Both the position numbers and the translations under genes were made by a program. This document shows, one piece after another, positions 28,843 to 38,240 of a stretch of DNA of 64,000 nt. This DNA is from an uncultured candidate division Zixibacteria bacterium (lineage in GTDB: Bacteria; Zixibacteria; MSB-5A5; GN15; FEB-12): NCBI GenBank assembly GCA_963735035.1, contig CAVTJJ010000003.1, positions 544,001 through 608,000 on the forward strand. Direction: 5' to 3'. The first letter of the stretch is position 1. The number at the start of each line of letters is the position of its first letter. The notes under the pieces are model-generated. The model did not search any database. It had not been told where the DNA came from and worked only from the letters and a program-made list of their open reading frames with translations.

Positions 28843-30984
28843 ATGTCTTATAGGACGGCCGCACTTCTCTGTCTGGGCAGTCTGTTGATTGGGTCAGTCG
28901 GCTTAGCCGCCGACAAACAAGCCGTTCGGGTGGAGCGCATTGGTGACATTTCCCCGCAGGACATCATTCTGGCTCCTTCGCTGATCTCAGCCGACACTTG
29001 CACTGTCACCAGCTACACGACACTGACAATGCGCATCGACGGCTGGGTGACCGGATTTGAATTGTACAAGACTCTCATGAACCCTGCCACCCGGTGTCCC
29101 AATCCGTATCCATACACGGTGATGGCGGTCAATATGCCGATGGGCTTCAGCAAGGCCACTACTCTGACCGTCTCAGTCGATGTCGAAGCGGTCGATTCTA
29201 CGACCATTCCCGGATGCCCGGTGCCGGGGGTTCTCCTGGCGCTCTCTTCGGACTATACCGTTAGTATTCCCGGTTCGGGATACTACGACATCTGGATTCC
29301 GCTTGATACTCCCAAAGCGGTGACCGGCCCGTTCTTTGCCGGATTCTATATCGGCAACGCGGTCGACCCGGCCGCCCAGGTGGCGTTGCTTACGGATGAA
29401 AACCCGATTGCGTGCGCGTCCTACAACATTTGGAGTGACTCGATCGGGTGGGTGGATCTGGTCAATAACGATGTTTTCAATTTCCCCGGCACTCTTGGGA
29501 TGGAGGCAGCCGGCAATCCCGGCGGGAATCCGTCAATCGTCCCCGACCTGCAAATTGTTTCTCCCGCTGACGGCGACTTGCTCTATGGCAGCGCCGAGCT
29601 TTGGGCCTGGGATCGAGCGCTTACCGGCGCGGTAGAGTATGTGGTATTCGAATACTCCACCGGCGGCGTGTTCACCGAAATTGGCAGGGATTTCGACGGC
29701 ACTTCAACCAATCGCAACGGAGTCAACACGGCTGCCGGCGGTACCGGTTACAACGTCACCTGGGATTTCTCAGCCTTGCCTGAAGGGACCTATACGATTC
29801 GCGCTACGCAAGTACCCACGGCCGGGAACCCGACATCGTCGTCCATAAGTGTCTATCTGGAACCTACTCCACCGATAGCGAGGGTTGTCTCTCCCGCCGC
29901 CAGTACTCCCCTCTGTCTGCCGGTGGACATCTACATGAATTGCCCCGATGAAAACATGGCGTCCGTTGAAGTCTTCCGTCGCCAGGCGGCTTCGTCTGTG
30001 TCGGTCGGTGTCTCGCCGATGAATCAAAACACGGTCGGCGACGTCAACGGTAACGCAGCGGACGGAAATCATGTTTCCAGCGGCGAGTTCGGCGACTACT
30101 ACTCCGGACCGGTGGCTGCAACCGTCGCGGCTATGGTCTGGTCGAGTCGCGGCTATCCGGCACTGGTACGTCAGGGAACAACTTCTTTGACTGTGCAACA
30201 GGTAGCCGAAGGGTTTGCCACTTCTTTCGGCACCAGAACGAAGACGGGCACGTATGACGAAGCGATGTTGACCGGTCTCCGAAGTTATGCCGTCTCCAAA
30301 GGGGGCGGGTTCAATTTCGATTTCAAACGCAACCCTGCCTATTATGATCTTCGCATTTGGGTTGAAGACGAATCGCGCGTGGTTATGCTCGGACTGGGAG
30401 GAACTCCCGGCCTGTGGATCACGGTTGATGGCTTTGCCGTCTGGCAGCGCGCCGACTCGTCGTACCTGGTGAGTGTCGCCGACCCGCTGACTGGCACTAT
30501 TCTGGACGCCTCCTGGCGCAACCGGAATGGCTATAGCGAACTAAGCATAGGTGGAGTGTGGCAGCGGGTGGAGATCATGGTATCGATGTTCGCGTCGGCC
30601 TATCCGGTCAACCGGACTCTGATCGGAGTTGATATCAATGGAAATGATGGCTGGAATGTTCACTGGTCCACCATCGGAATCGGCGACGGCACCCGCCACT
30701 ACCTTCACACCAGCGCCGAGGACACCGACGGTCATACCGGTCCTTACACGACCCTGGTCGAACATAACTGCGCCACCGCCTACGTGCATGGTGATTTTAA
30801 CGGTGATCGTACGACGACGATGGCAGATCTGTACCTGTTGATCGATTTCATTACCGGAGCCGGTTCGGCACCCTCTGGCGGCGCGGCTCGCGCTGACTGC
30901 AACTGCGACAACGTGGTAAACATCGCCGACGTCATCTACTACATGAATTATCTGTATGGACAGGCCAGCCCGCCCTGTCGCTAA
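28843..30984 (+). CDS. Secreted protein with Ig-like domains, pseudo-C39-like domain and dockerin-like C-terminus
   Basis: AGGAG RBS, signal peptide, GDFNGD..MADLYLLIDF..ADCNCDNVVNIADVIY. Confidence 0.8.
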   Translation: MSYRTAALLCLGSLLIGSVGLAADKQAVRVERIGDISPQDIILAPSLISADTCTVTSYTTLTMRIDGWVTGFELYKTLMNPATRCPNPYPYTVMAVNMPMGFSKATTLTVSVDVEAVDSTTIPGCPVPGVLLALSSDYTVSIPGSGYYDIWIPLDTPKAVTGPFFAGFYIGNAVDPAAQVALLTDENPIACASYNIWSDSIGWVDLVNNDVFNFPGTLGMEAAGNPGGNPSIVPDLQIVSPADGDLLYGSAELWAWDRALTGAVEYVVFEYSTGGVFTEIGRDFDGTSTNRNGVNTAAGGTGYNVTWDFSALPEGTYTIRATQVPTAGNPTSSSISVYLEPTPPIARVVSPAASTPLCLPVDIYMNCPDENMASVEVFRRQAASSVSVGVSPMNQNTVGDVNGNAADGNHVSSGEFGDYYSGPVAATVAAMVWSSRGYPALVRQGTTSLTVQQVAEGFATSFGTRTKTGTYDEAMLTGLRSYAVSKGGGFNFDFKRNPAYYDLRIWVEDESRVVMLGLGGTPGLWITVDGFAVWQRADSSYLVSVADPLTGTILDASWRNRNGYSELSIGGVWQRVEIMVSMFASAYPVNRTLIGVDINGNDGWNVHWSTIGIGDGTRHYLHTSAEDTDGHTGPYTTLVEHNCATAYVHGDFNGDRTTTMADLYLLIDFITGAGSAPSGGAARADCNCDNVVNIADVIYYMNYLYGQASPPCR

Positions 30985-31006
30985 CAATAACTAGTGCAAA
31001 AATGCC

Positions 31007-31033
31007 AAGGGCCGCTCAATAGAGCGGCCCTTT
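31007..31033. terminator. Intrinsic terminator between convergent genes, probably bidirectional
   Basis: AAGGGCCGCTC-aata-GAGCGGCCCTTTT. Confidence 0.8.
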
Positions 31034-31064
31034 TCGTTGCATGCCGGGGCTTCTCATAGAACGT

Positions 31065-32219
31065 CTACCAGCTCAGTTGCCAGTTGGCCGAATTAGGCAC
31101 CGATACTCGCTTGCGGAGAATCGTCCCGTCGCTACGGTTGATCGTAAACTCGTATGAGGGCGATCCGTTAAGCAGCGGAGAAGGGATCAGATCGAGATAG
31201 AAGTATCCGGACTCGTTCACAGTAGCAGTGACCGGAGTCGGAGAGATGATATTGCCGTTCTGCAGTGTCACTCCTCCGGGCAGCCGTGCAATAATTTTGG
31301 CATCGGTCTCGGCGCGACCGTCGGTGGTAAACAGATATCCATATACCCGGCACAACGACGGCGACGAAGGCGTCCCTGGATCAAACCAGGTCCCCGGAAC
31401 CGTGTCGGTTTTCGCGCCGGATATCGCGAGCGTATCGAAGGCTCCAAACATGAATCCCGGGGCCGTGGCAGTCACTAGGTAACTGCCGGCATCGAGGTTA
31501 GCGGTCGCATGTCCCGAAACATCTGTCACCGCCGACACGAGTAGAGCCGTCTGATCCAGATTTCGTATGCCGAGTGCAGCACCGGGTACTACGACGTGGT
31601 TGGACGTGTCAAACGCCAGCAACGTGACCGAATACGCTCCCGATCCGGCGATTCCGATAGCCTGATCCAGATCGACTGCGGTGTTATCTTCATCAAGGGA
31701 AGTCAACTGGCGGTCCGAATTGTCCCAGGGGTTATCATCGATCCCGGACACCGGCTCGTCCAGATTGTCGAGTCGCACCAGATAATCTGACAGTTCATCG
31801 CCGCCGAGTGTGAATGCAAAGCAATTCGGAGTCGGCAGACCACCGTCGCAATATAGGACCACCGTTCCGGTATAGAGACCCGCCCCTTCATCGTTGTCAA
31901 TGTCCGCGACCTGATCGACAAAGTAATAATATGTATGGCTCGCGAACCTCAGACTGTCAATATAGACGCTGCCGGCACCGGCGTTAGTCCAGCGGCAGGT
32001 ATATGAAACGGCGTCAGAGGTATTTTCCCCTTCGAACCAAACCAGCACATGACCAGAATCCGGCGCGACCGGCAAACCGGCGGAATCGAGCGCCTGAATC
32101 TCGAAACGAACGTAGTCAGCCGACGAGACCGCCCCCAGGTCCACGCCCGGCGCGACACCGGTTAGAATTGTGCACAGGAGTACACCAACGAATACCATCC
32201 TCATCTTCTTTGACCTCAC
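31065..32219 (-). CDS. Hypothetical protein with signal peptide and carboxypeptidase-regulatory-like (transthyretin-fold) repeats; last gene of the capsid cluster
   Basis: VPGAALGI..TDVSGHATANLDAGSYLVTATAPG; CRVYGYL..GYFYLDLIP. Confidence 0.65.
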   Translation of the reverse strand: MRSKKMRMVFVGVLLCTILTGVAPGVDLGAVSSADYVRFEIQALDSAGLPVAPDSGHVLVWFEGENTSDAVSYTCRWTNAGAGSVYIDSLRFASHTYYYFVDQVADIDNDEGAGLYTGTVVLYCDGGLPTPNCFAFTLGGDELSDYLVRLDNLDEPVSGIDDNPWDNSDRQLTSLDEDNTAVDLDQAIGIAGSGAYSVTLLAFDTSNHVVVPGAALGIRNLDQTALLVSAVTDVSGHATANLDAGSYLVTATAPGFMFGAFDTLAISGAKTDTVPGTWFDPGTPSSPSLCRVYGYLFTTDGRAETDAKIIARLPGGVTLQNGNIISPTPVTATVNESGYFYLDLIPSPLLNGSPSYEFTINRSDGTILRKRVSVPNSANWQLSW

Positions 32220-33277
32220 TGATTAGTAGTAAGCATGAACAGACGTCGCCGCGACGATGTTTCGGCTACCGCCGTGTGATAGTAGATTGTCACTTTGGGA
32301 CGATTGGCAGTTGTGGCGTTTTCAGACGACGCGAACACGGTGGAACCGTTTGTGCCAATTTCAACGAAGATCACACCGTAGGGCTGTTTGATGCCATCAT
32401 ACCAATCCTGAGCCAAATCGCCACCGACCCGAAAACGATACCAGGTCGGCGACGCCGATACGGTGACAGTGGTCATAGCCGTGGCCTTTCGGTCGGCCCC
32501 GGTACCGCTAAGACGATTCTGAGCGCCATGGTCGTTGACCGAATCGGCCATCTCTTTAGTCCATGCAGAATCATTGTGCCGCCAGTGGGTGTCATCGGCC
32601 GCACCTGATTCCACCGCGTTGTCACTGTTGCCTTCGTACCAGTCCTTCCACAACTCGAACATGCCAACGATTGCACCGGCCTGAGAGGTACAGTATAGAT
32701 CGATTGCCATCGAATCGATCACCTTGCCCATACCGACCGTATCCATGTTTGTGAACTTGAACAAGGATCGCCGGTTCAGTCCGGATAAATTCAGAACGGT
32801 CAACGTCTGCGAGGAGCCGAAATTGATATCATCGTAGTTCTGATACATCTTGGTGTCATATATGCCTGCCGAATTCTGGCCCTGAACGACCAGGCTGTCG
32901 GCTGCGGCGTGCGCCGAAATAATCGACAATGCCACAACGACGTATCGGAGCAACCTGAATAAGTGAACGTGACTTGTCACGGCTGAACCTTCCGACGTTT
33001 CGGACAGTGCCGGTTTCGGAGAAGCTTCGGCCTTCGTCCCAAACACTTCCTGTCTTACTTTCTGCACGGTCTTCCACAGTTCCTCATTGGACCTGTTCAC
33101 CGGCTGGATTTCTTTACACGATTGAATCATTTTGAGCAATGTCTCCGGTTTCTGGCTTTCGAAAATGACACGAGCGTTGTTGAGACACACCAGCATGATA
33201 TGGTCGTAAAGCAGGCGGACGTCTTCATCAACCGGCCGCTCGGTCTCGGCCTCACTTTTATCGGATTTCTTAATCAC
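32216..33277 (-). CDS. DNRLRE/CBM96-like domain protein (GTG 32980) apparently fused to a ~100-aa helical protein (GTG 33277)
   Basis: DTKMYQ..NFGSS..RSLFKF, FASSENATTANRPKVTI; internal signal peptide after GGAAGG and a GTGA overlap suggest two genes. Confidence 0.65.
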   Translation of the reverse strand: MIKKSDKSEAETERPVDEDVRLLYDHIMLVCLNNARVIFESQKPETLLKMIQSCKEIQPVNRSNEELWKTVQKVRQEVFGTKAEASPKPALSETSEGSAVTSHVHLFRLLRYVVVALSIISAHAAADSLVVQGQNSAGIYDTKMYQNYDDINFGSSQTLTVLNLSGLNRRSLFKFTNMDTVGMGKVIDSMAIDLYCTSQAGAIVGMFELWKDWYEGNSDNAVESGAADDTHWRHNDSAWTKEMADSVNDHGAQNRLSGTGADRKATAMTTVTVSASPTWYRFRVGGDLAQDWYDGIKQPYGVIFVEIGTNGSTVFASSENATTANRPKVTIYYHTAVAETSSRRRLFMLTTNQ

Positions 33278-33641
33278 CCAACTCCACAATCCACAGATCC
33301 ACCGTAATTGGCCCCGAGGCGGAGCTGTCCCGCGCTATCTTGAACCGATCAGCGGCTTCGCATCCGGTAACATACGCCGGCGCGCTTCCCTTGACCCGCA
33401 CGAATACCCTCGGGCTGTCCAATTGCGACGGCAGTGAATTGCCACGATGATCGGTCAGTTGACTGAACAACACTTCCTGCTGGCTCTCCCCGATCGACGC
33501 CGTACCGTAATAAACGGAGCGGGTGGATCCAATTTTCTCCAGGGCGAGATATTCATGCTCACCGATAGACGGTTGTCCCCAGACGGCAAGATCGGGCACG
33601 AACCAGGTTCTTCGCGAAGTCAAACGTTCCCATCCTGTCAT
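33270..33641 (-). CDS. Hypothetical protein in the capsid cluster
   Basis: AGGAG RBS; 123 aa; tightly packed in the operon. Confidence 0.65.
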   Translation of the reverse strand: MTGWERLTSRRTWFVPDLAVWGQPSIGEHEYLALEKIGSTRSVYYGTASIGESQQEVLFSQLTDHRGNSLPSQLDSPRVFVRVKGSAPAYVTGCEAADRFKIARDSSASGPITVDLWIVELGD

Positions 33642-33651
33642 GGTCTTCTCC

Positions 33652-34464
33652 TTAACTCCGCTGTGGATTTCGGGGACCGTTGAAAGGCGGGCGGAATCCT
33701 GTCAGCAGTTGATCGGATCGCCCGGCGTAGTCATCGGCCAGTTTGATCCAGACGGTGGCAATCTTGTCGGCACCGTTCTGCGAAGCCAGTTCGCGGCTGG
33801 CGGCCGCCCGGCAGACTATCTCCAGCGCCCGATACGTTGCGGCGGCACTCAGATTGGGATTAGCTTCGAATTCCCGCTCGGAATCCACCTCGGTCTGGAC
33901 CATACCGTTGGCCAGGGCGACAGCGTTCTCGATGATTTCATCGGTCACACTGACAAACACCGGTCGATAGTCGAGCCTGACCGTCTCCCCGGAGGCTATT
34001 TCGCCGCCCGTGAGACGCTTGATCTGTCCACCCGAAGCATCCAATCCATAATCACTCCCCTCTTCGTAGAGAGCGTAGGGCAGATACCATACGTGACGGT
34101 CTGCGTTGACGATAGACAGCCTCCGACTTTGGTCGAGAGGCGACCGCCCGCGTAGTCAACCACATAATCAACGTTCTCGACATAGACGGTGCCAAGCGAA
34201 CTGTCCGACGCCACCACAACTGAGTCGGGAATGATCATGCTCGGCGTGATCAAGGCCGAGCCGTCCGTGAATATGACACTCGAGCGTACAGGTGTGCGAG
34301 TCCGGATCGCCTTGACACGAACCGAGGTCGCGTCCACACCGCCGCCAAAGAAGCGAATGAACCCGGATCCAGACAATATCACCGAGTTGATCGACGACCT
34401 GCTCTTCGACCGGGTAAGGAATGACCAGATGCTGTCGGACCTGTTCCACGGTAGTGTATGACAT
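33652..34464 (-). CDS. Putative head-completion/connector protein (~270 aa), compensating +1/-1 frameshifts at ~34385 and ~34090
   Basis: N-terminal MSYTTVEQVRQHL and C-terminal IIENAVALANGMV..LSAAATYRALEI resemble gp6/gp15/Mu-gp36-type adaptors; three frames join into 813 nt. Confidence 0.5.
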
Positions 34465-34467
34465 AGT

Positions 34468-35889
34468 TTATCTCCTGAATGACATCATAGTGGCGTCGGT
34501 AGCGGCACTGATCTGACTGGCTACGGGCCCAGTGGAATAACCGGATACAACCTCGATCTTCACCCAGTACCGGCGTTGAGAATTGATGAGCCGCTTCTGC
34601 CAGTCATCAGGAAGAGCCGCGTAGTCGGTCCACATCAATATGTCGAAAGCGGACGATCCGAAGTTGGGATTCCCGTTGGCAGGAGTGAAAGCTTCCCAGT
34701 TGGCTCCGTCCCAATAGCTTACTTGCACCGAACCACCCACCCCGGTCTGTGAGAGTATCAGACGGGCCACGCGGAACGGCGCATCCATTCCTAGATACAG
34801 GATGTCCCCGGCGTCCTTCAGCAGGCAACCGGACGAAGCGTGATAGACATCAGCCACCTCCCAACCGGCCGCCTGAGACGTGACGTCCTGGTAGCCTTCG
34901 GACGCGGCGTGGTATAACAGAACTGAATCGAACTGGGCCGACCGGCGGTCGAGGACTTGCGACGAGCCAAAGCTGCCGGTACGGCGGTCACAGAAACGAG
35001 CCACTCTGGCTTCCCCGCCTATATCGTTCAGATAGACCACGGCCGCAATGTTACCCTCAAATAACACTTGTGGTGATGCTATCGGGTGTGACTCGATAAC
35101 CGCAACAGCTCCCCAGTTGTCACCGTCGGACTCGCGATAATAGAACTGGTCGCCGCACCAGGCGACTCCCAATCGATTATCCGCCCCAACAGCCGCGTCG
35201 AAACTACTCAGGCCGGAACCGTTGGCGACGGTAACGGCACTCGACCAGCTCCCGCCCGATAACGGGAGAGATCGGACATACACCGCCCAATCCTGGTCGT
35301 GGTACACTATGCGGACCCGGCTGGCATCAATAACCAGCTTCGACCAGGCGAACATCGAGCCGTTCGATATCTGATCACCGGCGTCATTAGCCCCGCTGCC
35401 CCAGGTCGCACCCGCGTCGTTGGAAGACTTGGCGTGAATCCATCGGTTCGGCGTAACATATCGGGAAAAGCTCACCCAGATTCGTCCGCCCGGCTCGATG
35501 GCAACTGATGGATCATAACACTGAGTACCGTTGTAAACCGTCACTTTGGCGCCGACCGACCAGAGTCCGCTTGCGAAAGTCAGCCTGCGAGTCACGAGAT
35601 AGCAGGTCGTCTGTTCGCTGTAGACCAGATGGATATCGCCATTGGGCGCCATTCGGGCATCAAAGCAACTGTCATCGGTATCCGAGACAACCGTCACGGG
35701 ACTAGACCATCCGGCCGCCGGCGCATCGGACCAAGCCAGCTTGATTTCACTCGGCGATGATTGAAACAATGCCACCCGTCGCCCGGAGTAAGTTCCGGTC
35801 GCGACCGTGAACAACCTGGCCTGCATGGACGTGCCCAGACCGTATGTCGCCGTGGTATCCGCAATTTTCTTCTGCATTGCGCCTCGCAT
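34468..35889 (-). CDS. Beta-propeller (BNR/Asp-box, sialidase-like) protein, putative particle appendage
   Basis: KSSNDAGATW Asp-box, repeated ..IHLVY/..WS blades, beta-rich C-terminal domain. Confidence 0.6.
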   Translation of the reverse strand: MRGAMQKKIADTTATYGLGTSMQARLFTVATGTYSGRRVALFQSSPSEIKLAWSDAPAAGWSSPVTVVSDTDDSCFDARMAPNGDIHLVYSEQTTCYLVTRRLTFASGLWSVGAKVTVYNGTQCYDPSVAIEPGGRIWVSFSRYVTPNRWIHAKSSNDAGATWGSGANDAGDQISNGSMFAWSKLVIDASRVRIVYHDQDWAVYVRSLPLSGGSWSSAVTVANGSGLSSFDAAVGADNRLGVAWCGDQFYYRESDGDNWGAVAVIESHPIASPQVLFEGNIAAVVYLNDIGGEARVARFCDRRTGSFGSSQVLDRRSAQFDSVLLYHAASEGYQDVTSQAAGWEVADVYHASSGCLLKDAGDILYLGMDAPFRVARLILSQTGVGGSVQVSYWDGANWEAFTPANGNPNFGSSAFDILMWTDYAALPDDWQKRLINSQRRYWVKIEVVSGYSTGPVASQISAATDATMMSFRR

Positions 35890-35890
35890 G

Positions 35891-35920
35891 AAAAGACGGG
35901 TCCGGTCGCCCGGACCCGTC
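35891..35920 (-). terminator. Intrinsic terminator directly after the major capsid gene
   Basis: GACGGGTCCGG-gcga-CCGGACCCGTC-TTTT on the minus strand. Confidence 0.8.
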
Positions 35921-35928
35921 GCTAATGA

Positions 35929-37032
35929 TTAGATGAAAGTGGTATCAAGAATGACCGACGCATCCCTTATGACCTTGGCGTAGGTCACCGATTCGGAGAT
36001 GACCGCCTCTTCGAACCGCTGCTCGATGATCTTGTCGTACTCGACCATGAGCGGCTGGGTGATGACTTCCTCGATGGCGAAACGGGTATCGAGTCCGATG
36101 ACAAAGTCGGTCGGGACTTCATCGGACCGCACCAGCGACGCTCCCAGCGGGCTGAACAGCTCACCGCTGTTCTGGAACCGATAACCGGCCAGCGGATCTT
36201 TGAACTCGTCCAGCGTGAGGATGGTCTTGAGCGTGTTGACATGACAGATGAGGCTGTTCATCTCGAACGGCGCGAATTGCGACCAGAGCGTGATCAGATC
36301 GTTGTAAGTCAGAGCGCCGGACGTGGCAGCGTTGACCGTCGCCGCCGGGTTAGCGTTGCCGTCGCCGTTGATCAGCGTATTGACCAGCATGCCGATCTTG
36401 TCGGTCTGCATGCGGAAGCCGATGTACCAGAGCAGGACTCGGAACTGCGACGTGCTCCGATAGCGCAACGCCTTGTAAGATGATTTCAGCGCCAGGCCGT
36501 AGTCGCGCACATTCACCGCGTGGTTCTGCTCGGTCACGATCAACTGCGGAATTTCGGCCCCTTCGCCGATCGGCCGCAGCGAGAAACGTTCCTTGCTGGT
36601 GGTGTCGATGTGGAATGGCGTGTAACGGTTAGTGTTGACGGTTGTGGTGTTGGCGATCAATTTGGCCAGCTCCGGCCGCATCGCCTGACCCTGCTTGATT
36701 TCGCGCAGGATGAACTCCGGCATCAGGACCGAAGCTTTCTGGAAGAACTGCTCGACCGTGGTCGGGTTCTTGCCGCCCAACTGTACTCCCGCCAGAAGGA
36801 GCTGCCGCTCGAACGCGTCGACGGGCGATCCAAGAGCGCTTGGGTCGTATTCGTCACACTCGAGCAGTTCCGAAAGAGTCAGACCGCGCGCCTCGGCTTG
36901 CAGATACAGGTCACGATCTATCTCGACCCCCGCTGCGCGACTGAGATCAGCGCGTGCGTTCGAGCCCGAACTGCGATCCTCATTCATAGAGGCGCCCACA
37001 GCGGCTGATTGCAGAAATTGATTGAAATCCAT
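35929..37032 (-). CDS. Phage-type major capsid protein (HK97 fold)
   Basis: GGAGG RBS; VLMPEFI..IGEGAEIP..YGLALKSSY..LINGDG..VEYDKII pattern; position in the head module. Confidence 0.8.
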   Translation of the reverse strand: MDFNQFLQSAAVGASMNEDRSSGSNARADLSRAAGVEIDRDLYLQAEARGLTLSELLECDEYDPSALGSPVDAFERQLLLAGVQLGGKNPTTVEQFFQKASVLMPEFILREIKQGQAMRPELAKLIANTTTVNTNRYTPFHIDTTSKERFSLRPIGEGAEIPQLIVTEQNHAVNVRDYGLALKSSYKALRYRSTSQFRVLLWYIGFRMQTDKIGMLVNTLINGDGNANPAATVNAATSGALTYNDLITLWSQFAPFEMNSLICHVNTLKTILTLDEFKDPLAGYRFQNSGELFSPLGASLVRSDEVPTDFVIGLDTRFAIEEVITQPLMVEYDKIIEQRFEEAVISESVTYAKVIRDASVILDTTFI

Positions 37033-37042
37033 GGTTGCCTCC

Positions 37043-37465
37043 TTAGTTCAATAGAATGACACAGTCGGTCGTGCCGTTTACCGCGAGGACTGTGCCGCGA
37101 GCGATGTTTCCGCCGGCCGGATCATAGCCGGTCAGCACCGGCGCCTGTTTGACCGTCCCGTTGCCACCACCGACTACTCGATTGCCCACGGTCGGAACGG
37201 TTGCCGACACCGCCAGTCGACATATGCCGCCAATCTGGACCGTCGCCTGGCGCTGGCCGTTGTCGTTGTCAGACAACGTCAGACTGATCAGCTTGCCCAA
37301 CAATTGACCGTTGTTAGCCAACGGCCCGATTTCGTTGCTGCCGGTCAGCATGACCGGTTCGCCGAGATCGGCATCCTTGAGATCGTCCACGCCGGTGGTC
37401 TGGTGGACGCTGAACGTCGCCAGCACCGGGGCAATGGTCTCAAGGTCTTGATTTCTTACTGCCAT
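37043..37465 (-). CDS. Putative capsid decoration/cement protein
   Basis: Small Gly-rich beta protein (ATVQIGG, VGNRVVGGGNGTVK, RGTVLAV) immediately before the capsid gene. Confidence 0.6.
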   Translation of the reverse strand: MAVRNQDLETIAPVLATFSVHQTTGVDDLKDADLGEPVMLTGSNEIGPLANNGQLLGKLISLTLSDNDNGQRQATVQIGGICRLAVSATVPTVGNRVVGGGNGTVKQAPVLTGYDPAGGNIARGTVLAVNGTTDCVILLN

Positions 37466-37543
37466 AAATTGCTCCTGAAAGTTCTGAATTGTTTGAGTTC
37501 GATTGGGGTATGCGACCACATGATGCTATCGCGTTTCCCCGCA

Positions 37544-37963
37544 TTACCGGGCCGACGGCTGTGCCTTGGGCCCACTGTAATTGCGTGGTCCGAAACTGCC
37601 GGGGAAACAATCCCGGAATCGGGCGGCGACACGACGATGCGTTTCCAGCAGGCGCGACGGCGTCTGTGTCGCCAGATCGTCGATGAGCGCCGCCGCTTCT
37701 TCCCATCGCTCCCGCTTCCGATCGACCGCCGCCACCGCCTTGATCATGCCGGCGACGCGTTGCTCGATATCCTGTCGCAATACGGCATGGCCTTCAGCCA
37801 ATTCCGCCAACCCGTTCAGGGTGGCACACATGGCGCGGAGACGGCTCTGAAGTTCATCGAAGTCGAGCCGTGCGAGGCTGGCTTCGTCCAGCAGACTGAC
37901 CACGCTCTCGAAATAGGCAATTTCGTTCTTAATGTTTTCCAAGGTTCTCTCCCGAGTATTCAA
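37544..37963 (-). CDS. Helical hypothetical protein (possible scaffold)
   Basis: Coiled-coil-like, lies between protease-like and capsid genes. Confidence 0.5.
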   Translation of the reverse strand: MNTRERTLENIKNEIAYFESVVSLLDEASLARLDFDELQSRLRAMCATLNGLAELAEGHAVLRQDIEQRVAGMIKAVAAVDRKRERWEEAAALIDDLATQTPSRLLETHRRVAARFRDCFPGSFGPRNYSGPKAQPSAR

Positions 37964-38240
37964 CCAGATAGTCTTCTATGCGAATGAGGCGGGCTTCGAC
38001 ATCCGAGGAGAAGCGAAAGAACTGTTCTTTGCTGACCGTACCTTCCTTGAGCAGAACTTCGATACTCGCTAATCTCTTGTCGAGCGTTCCCACCACGGCA
38101 CCTTCCGCCTTGGCTGCCAATTCAACTTTCAACGATTGAATCGTCATGAAGTAGGCTGCCGCGATCCCCAGAATGACCGAGAGCAGATTGATCCACCAGC
38201 TATGCAGGCGGAAGGTCGATTCGGAATTGTCACTGCTCAT
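37929..38240 (-). CDS. Small single-TM coiled-coil protein (holin-like?)
   Basis: WWINLLSVILGIAAAYFMTI TM, then VEARLIRIE coiled coil; ATGA overlap. Confidence 0.55.
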   Translation of the reverse strand: MSSDNSESTFRLHSWWINLLSVILGIAAAYFMTIQSLKVELAAKAEGAVVGTLDKRLASIEVLLKEGTVSKEQFFRFSSDVEARLIRIEDYLVEYSGENLGKH

